Positions 28,994 to 39,400 of a stretch of DNA of 63,991 nt are shown one piece after another. Made by a program: the position numbers and the translations under genes. Origin of the DNA: Patescibacteria group bacterium. GTDB lineage: Bacteria > Patescibacteriota > Microgenomatia > JAMCZE01. Each line of letters starts with the position of its first letter. The stretch's first letter is position 1. The notes beneath the pieces are model-generated. The model worked only from the letters and a program-made list of their open reading frames with translations. It was not told where the DNA came from and made no database searches. The DNA lies in contig JAMCZE010000014.1 of the NCBI GenBank assembly GCA_023485845.1, positions 1 to 63,991 on the forward strand, written 5' to 3'.

Positions 28994-31117
28994 ATGGATC
29001 TTGGATCGGTAATCAATCGCGTTGGACAAACCGTTTCCGCCGGTCATCCCCCGCCGGAAAAATTCTTGGCGGTGAAACTCTCTTCCGGCTCGGTGGTGGC
29101 CACTGTTTGGTCGGTGACAAACGGCCAGGTGACCATCGGCAAAATCGGCTCCGCCGCCCTGGCTCAGGATGACTGGGATCATTTTCTTAAGACGGCAGAC
29201 CAGGCCGTGTCCACCGCTCTAGCGGCCGATGTCCCCGTAGCCAAGGTGGTTTTTGCTGTGCCGCTGGATTGGGTGACGGACGGCAAGATCACGGCCGAGC
29301 ATCTGGCGGACTTGCGCCGCTTATGCAAAGAGCTGGACCTGACACCGGTGGGCTTTGTGGTTATCACCGAGGCGCTGGAGAACTATTATAAAGAAATTGA
29401 AGGAGCGCCCTTGACGGCAATTCTGGTTGGTTTGGAAGGCGCCAAAAGCACCTTAACGATGTTCCGGGCCGGCAAAAATCTCGGCACCGTGCCCTTGGCG
29501 GTGAAGGACCCCTCGGCTCAGGGAATCATTGACGCCATGGAGGAAACGCTGAAAAACTTCACCGCGGCGGAAGTGCTGCCCTCAAGAATCATTCTCTTTG
29601 ACGGCGGCAATGATTTAGAAGAGCTGGGCGAAAAAATCACTGCCCATCCCTGGTCCAAAGGTCTGCCGTTTCTTCATTTTCCCAAAGTGGAGATTGCCTC
29701 CTCAGAGTTGGTGGTCAAGGCGGTGGCGGTGGCCGGAGGGGTGCAAATGGGCGGGCAGGTGACCCCGGCGACAATGGAGGCGGCCTCACAAGAACCTTCC
29801 CAACCGAAGGCTTCGCCACCAGAATTGGAGGAAGTCAGTGCCTTGGAAGCGGGATTTACTTCTGAAGAAACAATGGACGAACTGGCTATCATTGCCCCGC
29901 CTCCCCCGACCCCCGAGGAAAATTTGCCCCAATTTAAGCCCCGCCTTAATTTTGGGAAAATAACAGCATTGTTGGAAAAAATCAAAATTCCCACTTTGAA
30001 AATTCCTAAAGGTTCAAAAAAATTCCCTCTGCTGGCGGCGGCCGGCTTGGCGGCCGTGATAATTATTTTTGCGGCCGTGGTGTACTTTGTTCCTAAGGTG
30101 ACGGTGATTGTGAAAGTCATTCCTCAGCCGTTTAGGGAGCAGCTGGCGGTGACGGTGACCACCAGTGGAAACAGCGTGTCCAGCACTAATTCGGCGGTGT
30201 TGGCCGGCAGTTTTCTGGATGTCGAGGAAGTGGGAACGAGAAAAGGGGTGGCCAGCGGCCAGAAATTAGTGGGTGATCCGGCCAAAGGGAGTGTGACCAT
30301 CTACAGTGTCAGTTCGGCCAAAACTTTCCCTAAGGGGACCGTGTTGGCTTCAAGCGACGGCCTGAAATTCACTTTGGACCAGGACAGCGCGGTGGCATCC
30401 GGGGACGCGGTGACAGCGGCGACCGCCACCGTCACGGTGACTGCAGCGGACATTGGGGATAAATATAATTTGCCGGCGGGCACCAAATTTACGCTTGGCA
30501 GCACCTCTTCATCACAGTATCTGGCCAAAAACGACTCGGCCTTTTCCGGCGGCAACAGCCACCAGGCCACCGTGGTGACCAAGGAAGACCAAGACCGACT
30601 GATGGCCACTTTGTCGGCAGAGCTGACAGCCAAGGCCCAGGGAGATCTGCAAACAAAACTAGCGGCCGGTCAATCGCTACTGCCAAATGCGATCACGGCC
30701 CAGGTGGTCAAGAAAGCCTTCTCGGCTGACGTGGACAGTGAGGCGGACACGATTAGTTTGGATTTGACGATGGATTTTCGGGGAACAGTTTTCTCCCAGG
30801 CGGATTTGATTGCCCTGTTTGCCCAAAAATACGCGATGGACATCCCCACGGATTATCAATTGCCGGCCGACTCGGCGCAGATCAGCGTTAAAGACGCCAA
30901 AACAAATAAGGACGGCAGTTCCACGTTAACAATTGTCGTGGCGGCTAACCTTTTGCCCCAGGTGGACCAACAGGCTTTGCTGGCCAACCTGCACACCTTG
31001 CCGGCCGGGGTGGCCCAGGTGGAAGTGGACACCACGCCGCGCCTCTTTGCCCCGCTGACGGCAATCCATCTTCCGTTTAAGAAGGACAACCTGAAGGTGG
31101 AAATTGTCAGCCAATAG
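28994..31117 (+). CDS. FtsA/PilM-like N-domain + TM + baseplate J/gp47-like domain protein
   Basis: N-terminal VVFAVPLDWV...LCKELDLTPVGF, a central TM, and C-terminal AKGSVTIY..FPKGT..DGLKF..AADIGDKYN..FSGG. Confidence 0.7.
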   Translation: MDLGSVINRVGQTVSAGHPPPEKFLAVKLSSGSVVATVWSVTNGQVTIGKIGSAALAQDDWDHFLKTADQAVSTALAADVPVAKVVFAVPLDWVTDGKITAEHLADLRRLCKELDLTPVGFVVITEALENYYKEIEGAPLTAILVGLEGAKSTLTMFRAGKNLGTVPLAVKDPSAQGIIDAMEETLKNFTAAEVLPSRIILFDGGNDLEELGEKITAHPWSKGLPFLHFPKVEIASSELVVKAVAVAGGVQMGGQVTPATMEAASQEPSQPKASPPELEEVSALEAGFTSEETMDELAIIAPPPPTPEENLPQFKPRLNFGKITALLEKIKIPTLKIPKGSKKFPLLAAAGLAAVIIIFAAVVYFVPKVTVIVKVIPQPFREQLAVTVTTSGNSVSSTNSAVLAGSFLDVEEVGTRKGVASGQKLVGDPAKGSVTIYSVSSAKTFPKGTVLASSDGLKFTLDQDSAVASGDAVTAATATVTVTAADIGDKYNLPAGTKFTLGSTSSSQYLAKNDSAFSGGNSHQATVVTKEDQDRLMATLSAELTAKAQGDLQTKLAAGQSLLPNAITAQVVKKAFSADVDSEADTISLDLTMDFRGTVFSQADLIALFAQKYAMDIPTDYQLPADSAQISVKDAKTNKDGSSTLTIVVAANLLPQVDQQALLANLHTLPAGVAQVEVDTTPRLFAPLTAIHLPFKKDNLKVEIVSQ

Positions 31118-31120
31118 CTT

Positions 31121-31873
31121 ATGCTTTACGTCTACACGAAGTCCGACCACTATGTGAATACTTATCTAGTTGATCCCGGCCGCCACCGCCGGACCACCGG
31201 TCTGTTATCCACGGTTTTTCTTTTGGTGGGGTTGTTTTTAATCGGCCAGGTGGTTTATCCGGTTTTGGGTTGGTATGTGTTTGCCCTGCCAACCTTCTCC
31301 CCGCCGATTGTTTCCCCTCTCTCTGCCAGTGCTTATGCTCCACCAGCTGTTTCCCTTCCCACGGCCGCCCTGATTGCCCCGGTTGATAATAATCCGTCAT
31401 ATGATGCTTCCTCCTGGTTTCCCAACGCCAAACCGTTCACCGGGGTGCTTAACACCGACCTAAGAACCTACACCATTAGTGTGCCCAAATTAAAAATTGA
31501 TGAGGCAACGGTGGAAATCGGTGGTGATGACTTGAAAAAATCACTGGTGGCCTGGCCCACTTCGGCCGTCCCCGGCAACTACGGCGTGAACATTATCTTC
31601 GGCCATTCCGAGCTGCCGCAGTTTGCCAGCCCGAATAATTTTTCCGGGATCTTCACTCATATTATGGAATTGGGGCAAGGGGATGTGATTTATGTGGATT
31701 ATGACGGCATTCGTTATAAGTATGAAGTGGTCGACAAAACGGTGGTGGAACCCACTGACCTGTCCGTTTTGGAACAGCGGTTTGATGACCGCTATCTTAC
31801 CTTAATCACCTGCGTTCCTCCGGGGACTGTCTGGCAGCGCGGGGTGGTGAAGGCGGTGATGAGCCAATCTTGA
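31121..31873 (+). CDS. Sortase
   Basis: ISVPKLKI, IIFGHS, GDVIYVDY, catalytic LTLITC and RGVVKA. Confidence 0.92.
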   Translation: MLYVYTKSDHYVNTYLVDPGRHRRTTGLLSTVFLLVGLFLIGQVVYPVLGWYVFALPTFSPPIVSPLSASAYAPPAVSLPTAALIAPVDNNPSYDASSWFPNAKPFTGVLNTDLRTYTISVPKLKIDEATVEIGGDDLKKSLVAWPTSAVPGNYGVNIIFGHSELPQFASPNNFSGIFTHIMELGQGDVIYVDYDGIRYKYEVVDKTVVEPTDLSVLEQRFDDRYLTLITCVPPGTVWQRGVVKAVMSQS

Positions 31874-31901
31874 CTTGTTAAAACTATGATATAATCGCCT
31901 T

Positions 31902-32261
31902 ATGACTACTACTAACGAAGGCGAGAGGCGAGAAATTAAGCAAAACGATATGGCGTTCACAATGGGTGTTGTTGTTGTTGCTCTTGGGGCCTGCGTTTTT
32001 TTGAACAATGCTCCGGAAACTGCAAGACATCTTTCATTACTTTCTTCCTTGGTTGATCAAGGCGGCTCCCAGGAAGTTATTAATTGGGAGTTAGTGGAAA
32101 CATTAAGGCCCGGACTTGTTACTATTATTGGTGGCCTTGGTTCTTGGTTGGGAGCAATACTGCTGAAGGAAACAATTGAAGATGGGATTGTGATAAAAAT
32201 GAAACACTTATCAGGGACTAACGTTGAAAAAGTCATTGTCCCTGCTAGTAAAGATAAATAG
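31902..32261 (+). CDS. Hypothetical 2-TM membrane protein (paralog 1)
   Basis: TATAAT 6 nt upstream. Shares REIK...G...LG.C..L...PETA with the next gene. Confidence 0.75.
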   Translation: MTTTNEGERREIKQNDMAFTMGVVVVALGACVFLNNAPETARHLSLLSSLVDQGGSQEVINWELVETLRPGLVTIIGGLGSWLGAILLKETIEDGIVIKMKHLSGTNVEKVIVPASKDK

Positions 32262-32279
32262 AACTTTTACCTATTATTT

Positions 32280-32576
32280 ATGGTTACTCAAGACACAGAA
32301 CGGGAAATTAAGAAAGCCGAAAATCGATTTGAGGACGGTGTTGGTTTCGTTATTTTGGGACTATGTATTCTTTTGGCTTCTGTTCCGGAAACCGCTAAAG
32401 ATTTTTCGGTATCTCTTTTAGAGAGAAACTCTTGGGATTTATTGAAAACAGGAGTTACTCTTACTATGGCAGGATGTGGCATAATGGGGATATTAGTCGG
32501 GGTTGGAATGACTAAAGAAGCAACTGTTCAAGAAATAGTAACCAGGGTAGGCGTTTTGTCTCATCGAGGGAAATAA
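32280..32576 (+). CDS. Hypothetical 2-TM membrane protein (paralog 2)
   Basis: EREIKK...GVGFVILGLCILLASVPETAK. Confidence 0.75.
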   Translation: MVTQDTEREIKKAENRFEDGVGFVILGLCILLASVPETAKDFSVSLLERNSWDLLKTGVTLTMAGCGIMGILVGVGMTKEATVQEIVTRVGVLSHRGK

Positions 32577-32624
32577 ATTGCCTCTTGAAAATGGGAAAAA
32601 TCTTGGATAAAATTATACGAGGTT

Positions 32625-33110
32625 ATGGATAAATTAATGTCTCCATTGGGCGAGCGGAGGACACAAATAGAATCAAGAGTTCTGGCTGTTGAGCGAGAAT
32701 TAGGCCATCCAATCTTTTCCCCAGATGGCTATAAAATGGATAATGGTGGATATTTAACAGGATCTCCTTTTGAAAACGTTGGACATGAGGATCCGGGAAT
32801 TCTTGATCTTGTAATCGTGGATCGGGCAGGCCAAGGAGGTAAATTGGGTAGGGATCAGGCGGAAAAACTTGCGGAAATACCTGAGCAATCAAGACCTGAT
32901 GTCATGCTTCTGGCAAAGTCGGTGTTTGCGGCAGGGTTCGAGGATATGAAGGCTGGAGAGCCGATGGCAGAGGCTGTCGGTGCATTGATTCTTGCCTTTG
33001 GTGATGTCAGGAAATTGCCCATCCCAGATAGCGTCAAAATGGATTTGATGACCGATCTAGTTTTGACAGCCCAAGCAGGGGAAAGTGCCTCCCAGAGAAC
33101 TTCTAGCTAG
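32625..33110 (+). CDS. Hypothetical protein
   Basis: 161-aa ATG ORF with TTGAAA/TAAAAT and GAGG upstream. Confidence 0.7.
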   Translation: MDKLMSPLGERRTQIESRVLAVERELGHPIFSPDGYKMDNGGYLTGSPFENVGHEDPGILDLVIVDRAGQGGKLGRDQAEKLAEIPEQSRPDVMLLAKSVFAAGFEDMKAGEPMAEAVGALILAFGDVRKLPIPDSVKMDLMTDLVLTAQAGESASQRTSS

Positions 33111-33416
33111 GCTTTATGGAGTTGCTTTAAATTCTTAAGTTGGCTACTGCGTCACCCAAAGCAAAGAGTTTTCTTTAGTCAATACAATCTTGTCGGGCAA
33201 GGCTCTCACCAATATTAGTAAGCCGCCGATTAATTTGCACTGTTGTGGTCTCCGTTGCATTTTCAGATATATATATTCCTGCACCTGAGTTTCTTCATGG
33301 TTAGCAAATTAGTTCCTTTAAATTTTTCTGTTTTATGGCTGTCTTTTTCACTGTGCCTATAGTATAGAGTGCTTGGTTGATTTTGCCAAATACTTCTTGT
33401 AGCATTATGGTCAAGC

Positions 33417-33752
33417 ATGATTTTAGGCATTGATTATGGAGAAGTTTGGTGCGGGATGGCGACATCTGAGGGCAGCCTGGCGGCGCCGCTGAAAGCTGTT
33501 CCCACTAAAAAAATTTTTTCGGAAGTGGAGGCGATGAAACCGGAAAAAATCGTTGTTGGCATTTCCGAAGGAGCCATGGCCAAGAAAACTTTAGTTTTTG
33601 CCGAGAAACTGCGTGATTGGACCCGCGCCCCGGTGGAAACGATTGATGAAACTCTGACCAGCTGGCAGGCGGGCAAAATTAAAAAAAAGAAGGTTGACCA
33701 ACACGCCGTGGCCGCGGCCTTGATTTTAAACCGCTTCTTGGGTAACATGTAA
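33417..33752 (+). CDS. yqgF: YqgF/RuvX family nuclease
   Basis: ILGIDYG, IVVG, IDETLTS and DQHAVAAALIL. Lies upstream of mltG. Confidence 0.9.
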   Translation: MILGIDYGEVWCGMATSEGSLAAPLKAVPTKKIFSEVEAMKPEKIVVGISEGAMAKKTLVFAEKLRDWTRAPVETIDETLTSWQAGKIKKKKVDQHAVAAALILNRFLGNM

Positions 33753-33757
33753 CCACA

Positions 33758-33940
33758 ATGTTTAAAAACCTAATTGCTCCCGTTCAGGCTTGGCTGCTTT
33801 CCCAAGGAAAATGTGTTGGCTGCGGCATGGTGCTGGCCAAGGCAAAACGAGACGGTAACCGGGTGGTTTGCAAATGCAAGCGGGTTTATGTTGATGAAGG
33901 CAATGGCAAATTCCGTCGGGCAAAACTTGAGGAGGTTTAA
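33758..33940 (+). CDS. Small zinc-ribbon protein
   Basis: CVGCG...CKCKRVYV, located between yqgF and mltG. Confidence 0.75.
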   Translation: MFKNLIAPVQAWLLSQGKCVGCGMVLAKAKRDGNRVVCKCKRVYVDEGNGKFRRAKLEEV

Positions 33941-33941
33941 C

Positions 33942-34862
33942 TTGAAGAAGGTTTTTTTAGCGGTGGGGGTGGTGGTTTTGGCTGCGGCCGCTGGTTTCTT
34001 CTGGTGGACCATTTCCGTTTCTCCGGTTAACTTAGCGGACAACAAAACCCAAACCTTTGTGGTGGCCAAGGGTGACGGAGTTCGGGAAATTGCCAAGAAC
34101 CTCAAAGACTCTGGCTTAATTCGCGATCCGGTGGCCTTCTTTCTGCTGGTGCGTTTCCAACTGAATAACGGCAAGGATATCCAGGCGGGCACTTTTAATC
34201 TTTCTCCTTCAATGCCGGCGGCTGAGATTGCCAACTCGTTAACAATTGGTTTGGATGACATGTGGATTTTAATTCCTGAAGGCTGGCGCAGCGAAGAAAT
34301 CATCACCTATTTGCAAAGCGTCGGGGTGAGCGGTGATCCCGGCAATTGGAAGGCCGATGAGGGCAAATATTTCCCCGCCCGCTACTCGGTGCCCAAGACG
34401 ATCACTATGGCCGGGGTCAAAACCCTGATGCGCCAGACGTTTGACCAGAAAACGGCCGGGTTAAACGTTGATGAAAAAACTTTAATTCTTGCCTCGCTGG
34501 TGGAGCGGGAAGCCAAAACGGAAACAGACCGGCCGATTGTGGCCGGAATTCTTGAGAATCGTCTTGCCGCCGGGATGCCGCTGCAGGTTGACGCGACGGT
34601 CCAATACGCGGTGGGCAAGACCGGGAACTGGTGGAAAAGAGATTTAACTCAGGAAGATTTAGACATAGTCTCGCCGTATAATACCTATCTTAATTCCGGT
34701 CTGCCCCCGGCGCCGATTTGCAACCCCGGTCTCTCTTCGATCAAAGCGGCTCTTTCCCCGGCTAAAACTGACTATCTCTACTATCTCACCGATTCTTCCG
34801 GCGTGATGCACTACGCCAAAACCCTTTCTGAACATAACCAAAACGTGGCAAAATATCTATGA
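33942..34862 (+). CDS. mltG: Endolytic transglycosylase MltG
   Basis: IPEGWR, LASLVERE, PLQVDATVQY, SPYNTY and GLPPAPICNPG. TTG start preceded by GGAGG. Confidence 0.95.
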   Translation: MKKVFLAVGVVVLAAAAGFFWWTISVSPVNLADNKTQTFVVAKGDGVREIAKNLKDSGLIRDPVAFFLLVRFQLNNGKDIQAGTFNLSPSMPAAEIANSLTIGLDDMWILIPEGWRSEEIITYLQSVGVSGDPGNWKADEGKYFPARYSVPKTITMAGVKTLMRQTFDQKTAGLNVDEKTLILASLVEREAKTETDRPIVAGILENRLAAGMPLQVDATVQYAVGKTGNWWKRDLTQEDLDIVSPYNTYLNSGLPPAPICNPGLSSIKAALSPAKTDYLYYLTDSSGVMHYAKTLSEHNQNVAKYL

Positions 34863-34960
34863 CCGACTTTGAATTCCATTATCGTCTGGCAGGAGTAATA
34901 TCGCTAATCTTTTTCATCGGTTTTGGTCTGTTTTGGTATTTTTTTGTTGAGTGATAAGAA

Positions 34961-35695
34961 ATGAGCACGGGATTGCCAAGTAACATAAAGACGGCGCGGG
35001 AGGAAGCCATTGCCATCGCTGATCCCCGATTTGAAGGCGCGGATAGAAGGGACGTGGTTTTTCTTCTAACCTGTGTCAATTTGGCCCGAGCCGCACTTCG
35101 CGACCGACCGAACTTCAATGGTTTTTACGGATATGCCGTTAATAACCAAGAGGAGCTTTTATTACTAGCTCGGCAGTTTGACCAGGCGATTGGGGGATTT
35201 AACCAAACAGCCGGCAGCAGTGTTGATCCCAAATTTCAAAACACTTTGGCCGAGCGGGCGGAAGATAAATTAGGACCGGCGGGGACGATTCCGCTTTTTT
35301 TGGGCAACGGCGTCGTTAAGTCAAAAGAGGCTTTAACTCAGCTTTCGGCCGGTGAGAAAGCCCTAAGAGCCCAGGGGCAGTTTATGAAAAATAGTGAGCG
35401 GGCCATCAATGACCCTGAGTTTCTACAGGAAATTACCGAGAGCGGTGAATGGTCCCGAATTCATCTCACTGCCATCGATTTCAAGCATTTTCTGGCAATG
35501 TTTATCATCGATCTCTACCCAATGATGTTACAAAGAACAGGCCAATACCGAGAGATGGATTCGGACGAGTTAGTCCGAGCCCTGTGCGAGCAGCTTGATC
35601 CCAAAAGCGAATGCTTCCGGCTAATTAGAGATCAAGGATGGATCAACGAGTCTGAATTCTCAAAAAAGTTTGTTGATGAAACTAAGAGACGTTAA
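34961..35695 (+). CDS. Hypothetical protein
   Basis: 244-aa ATG ORF with no recognisable motif. Confidence 0.7.
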   Translation: MSTGLPSNIKTAREEAIAIADPRFEGADRRDVVFLLTCVNLARAALRDRPNFNGFYGYAVNNQEELLLLARQFDQAIGGFNQTAGSSVDPKFQNTLAERAEDKLGPAGTIPLFLGNGVVKSKEALTQLSAGEKALRAQGQFMKNSERAINDPEFLQEITESGEWSRIHLTAIDFKHFLAMFIIDLYPMMLQRTGQYREMDSDELVRALCEQLDPKSECFRLIRDQGWINESEFSKKFVDETKRR

Positions 35696-35701
35696 TACGT
35701 C

Positions 35702-35737
35702 TTGACAAATTTAATGTGACCTGATATATTTAATGTG
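35702..35737 (+). promoter_or_regulatory. Promoter with a direct repeat for the abrB-vapC operon
   Basis: TTGACA-17 nt-TATATT, with atttaatgtg occurring twice. Confidence 0.65.
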
Positions 35738-35739
35738 CA

Positions 35740-36012
35740 ATGACATATTTAATGACTGTGACTTCCCAAGGGCAAATTAGCATTCCCGCAGTGTTGCGTC
35801 GGGATCTCAACATTAAGGCGGGGCATACTTTGACTGCGAACAGGACCAGTGACGGCGGGATTCATATAAAGCCAGTTATTGATCTTCTCGAACTTGGCGG
35901 GCTTTTCAAAACTAAAAAGAAATTCACTTCCCAAGAAATTAGAGAAGGGTTTGGTCAATATATGGCCAAGAGGCATCTCAAAAATAGGCCATTTCCGCAT
36001 GTTTCTCCTTAA
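35740..36012 (+). CDS. AbrB/MazE-family antitoxin
   Basis: TVTSQGQISIPAVLRRDLNIKAG. Confidence 0.9.
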   Translation: MTYLMTVTSQGQISIPAVLRRDLNIKAGHTLTANRTSDGGIHIKPVIDLLELGGLFKTKKKFTSQEIREGFGQYMAKRHLKNRPFPHVSP

Positions 36013-36389
36013 TGAAAACTTATTTTATCGACACTAATATCTTCTTGCGTTTTTTTCTCAAGGATGTTCCAGCGCAGTTTGTCAAAGCCAGGGAATTTTT
36101 TGAAGAAGCCAAAAGAGGAGAATGTAAAATTATTGTCTGCCAGGCGGTAATTTTTGAGATCGAATTCGGCCTAAGAAAATATTATGGCCTTGACAAGAAA
36201 GATATTGTCCAGATGATCGGGACAATTTTAAATATGCCTTATCTCGAAACTGAAGACTGGCAAATTTTCCAGGAAGCATTAGTTTTATATGCAAATAAAA
36301 ACTGGGATTTGGTTGATTGTTTTTTGACCGTCAAAGCAGATCAGGCGAAAGCAGAGGTCCTAAGTTTCGACAAGAAAATTAAAAAATAA
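36012..36389 (+). CDS. vapC: PIN-domain (VapC) toxin
   Basis: FIDTNIFLR, VIFEI, DLVDC and SFD. Confidence 0.9.
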   Translation: MKTYFIDTNIFLRFFLKDVPAQFVKAREFFEEAKRGECKIIVCQAVIFEIEFGLRKYYGLDKKDIVQMIGTILNMPYLETEDWQIFQEALVLYANKNWDLVDCFLTVKADQAKAEVLSFDKKIKK

Positions 36390-36397
36390 TCTGCCCC

Positions 36398-36483
36398 TTG
36401 CGTTCTGGGAATTTTCTGGTAGAATTACTTTCATCTTAATAACTTTTTAGGCGAACATGTTGTGGGTTCGCTTAAGTTTTTTT
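36398..36483 (+). promoter_or_regulatory. rpoB promoter with a 5' leader hairpin and U-tract
   Basis: TTGCGT...TGGTAGAAT. Stem 36447-36456/36466-36475 is followed by 7 T. Confidence 0.6.
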
Positions 36484-36489
36484 GTCCCG

Positions 36490-39400
36490 ATGCCAAAAAA
36501 AACCGCAAAAGTTACTGACAGACTTTACTGGGGTAAACATTACCCCGACCTTCCCCCGCTTAATTTCATTGCTATCCAGCAGGAATCCTACCAAAAATTT
36601 CTTCACGAAACTATCGGCGAACTGATTGCCGAAATTAACCCCATCTCCGATTTCACCGGCAAAAACTGGGAATTATCTTTAGGTCAATATTCTTTCGGCA
36701 AATCAAAATACACCGCTGCTTCGGCGGCTCTTAAGGGCGTCACCTATGACATGCCGATTCGCATCCAGGCCCAGCTTCTCAACAAACAAACCGGGGAAAC
36801 GACCAACCAGGAAGTCTTTTTTGGCGAAGTGCCGGTGATGACCCCGTCCGGGACGTTTATCATTAACGGCATTGAGCGGGCAGTCATTAATCAACTGGTG
36901 CGCTCGCCCGGCGTTTACTTTTTGGGTGATGTTGATCCGGTCACCGGCCGGCTGCTGCATTTTGCCGAGGTCCGGCCGCTGCGAGGCAGTTGGTTGGAGT
37001 TTAATATTTCCCGCAGCAACGTCATTTCCGTCCGGGTGGACCGGCGGCGCAAGTTCCCGATCACCACTTTTTTGCGCGCCATCGGCATCGGCTCCGATGA
37101 GGAAATTAGAAAACTTTTTGCCGAGGTGGATCGGCCGGGAGACGACTCGTTTATTGAAGCCACTATCAAAAAGGACACCACCCACGGTTCAGCCGAGGGA
37201 GCGATGGAGATTTATAAGAAGATGCGCCCCGGGGAGCCGGTGGTTTTGGAAACGGCTTTAGATTTCATTAATAATCTTTTCTTTAACGTCCGCCGCTATA
37301 ATCTGGGCCGGGTCGGCCGCTATAAGATTAACAAACGTCTCGGGCTGACAATTGAGAATAAGCCGGAAAACTTTGTTCTCACCCGGGAAGACATTGCCGC
37401 CACGATTAAATACCTGATTCGGCTGCAAAAAGGCGACGCCGGCACCTACACCGACGACATTGACCATCTGGCCAACCGCCGGCTGCGCCGGGTGGGTGAA
37501 CTGGTCGGCAACGTGGCTTTTCGCGACGGGCTGCTGCGTTTGGAACGGGCCATTAAAGAGCGCATGTCCTTGCTGGATCCCAAAACCCGGGTGATGCCTA
37601 ACCAGGTGATTAACGCCCGGCCGATCATCTCCACCATTAACGAGTTTTTCCGCACCTCCCAACTCTCCTCAATTCTGGATCAGACTAATCCCCTGCAGGA
37701 AGTGGACAATTTGCGCAAACTAACGGTGATGGGGGTCGGTGGGATTTCCCGGGACCGGGCTAGTTTCTCGATTCGGGACATTAATTCCAGCCAATACAGC
37801 CGGATTTGCCCGGTGCGTTCCCCGGAAGGGCCAAACATCGGTCTGGTGACTTTTCTTAGCCTTTATGCCCAAGTGGATGAGTATGGCTTTTTGCTGGCGC
37901 CATACCGCAAAGTGGCCCACGAAAACGGCAAAGTGCGGGTGACCAATGAGATCGTTTATCTGGCGGCCGATGACGAGCGGGATTATAAAATTACTCACGC
38001 GGGGGTGGCGGTGGATGACCGGGGCTTTCTAACCGACGCCCGGGTGCCGGTCCGGCTTAAAGGGGAGTTCGTGGAAGTCCCCGCCAATGAAGTGGACTAT
38101 ATTGACGTGGTCCCCCGGCAAGTGGTTGGCAGCGCCGCCGCTTTAATTCCGTTCTTGCAGCATGATGACGGCATTCGGGCCCTAATGGGCTCCAATATGC
38201 AGGGCCAAGCCGTGCCCTTGGTTACCCCCCAAGCGCCGATTGTCGGCACCGGGATGGAAGCGGACATTGCCCGGGCGATGGGTTGGGTGGTCACCGCCCG
38301 CCACGACGGCCAGGTGATTTTTGCCGACGGTAATAAAGTGGTGGTGAAACTAAAAAGCAAGCCGGACAAGACGGAGCCGGCGGCCAGTGATGAGCGGGTG
38401 AAATTGGCCGGAGATTTGGAAACCTACTTTGTCACTAAGTTCTACCGGACTAATCCCAATGGCGCTTGCTATAGCCAACATCCACTGGTTAGCGTCGGTG
38501 AGTCGGTGAAGAAAGGCGACGTGCTTATTGATGGGCCGGCGGCCGACCACGGGGAATTGGCGCTGGGAACAAACCTGACAATTGCCTACATGCACTTTGA
38601 AGGATTTGGTTATGAGGACGCGATTATTGTTTCCGACCGGCTGGTGCGCGAGGATTTGCTGACCAGCATTCACATTGAAGAATATGAGTGCGAAGTGGTG
38701 GACACCAAACTGGGGCCGGAAGAGCTGACCCGGGACATTCCCAACGTTGGCGAGTCGGACCTGGCCAATTTGGATGAGGGTGGCATTGTGGTGGTGGGCG
38801 CCTCGGTTGGCCCCAATGATATCTTGGTCGGCAAGATTGCTCCCAAGGGGGAAACAGAACTGTCGGCGGAAGAGCGGCTGCTGCGGGCGATCTTCGGGGA
38901 AAAAGCCCGGGAAGTGCGCGACACATCACTGCGCATGCCCCACGGGGAGCACGGGATTGTTATCGGTGTTAACATTCTGGATAAGTCCGCCGGTGATGAA
39001 TTGTCCCCGGGAACCAATAAACTAATTAAGATCCAGGTGGCCCAGATCCGAAAGATTTCTGTGGGGGACAAAGTGGCGGGTCGGCACGGCAACAAGGGGG
39101 TCATCAGCCGAATTGTGTCGGCCGCCGATATGCCCCATTTGGCCGACGGCACCCCGATTGACATTATGATTTCTCCCCTGTCTGTTTTGGGCCGGATGAA
39201 TTTGGGCCAGCTGCTGGAAACCCATCTTGGCTGGGCGATGCAAAACGCCGATAAGAAGGTGTCTGTGCCGGTTTTTGAACAGATTCCCGAGGATTGGATC
39301 ATTAAAGCCTTGACCGGGGCCGGTTTGTCTGCCACCGGCAAAAGCGTGGTTTATGACGGGCGCACCGGGGAACCGTTTGGCCAGCCGGTGGTGGTGGGCA

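Noticed and set aside
13517..31117. Prophage, suggested by Bro-N, excisionase-like and baseplate-J-like genes
   Set aside because: The genes are scattered among core genes, and there is no integrase, terminase, capsid or tail gene.
33111..33416. Gene or ncRNA in the 300-bp gap before yqgF
   Set aside because: It contains only short broken frames and no convincing structure.
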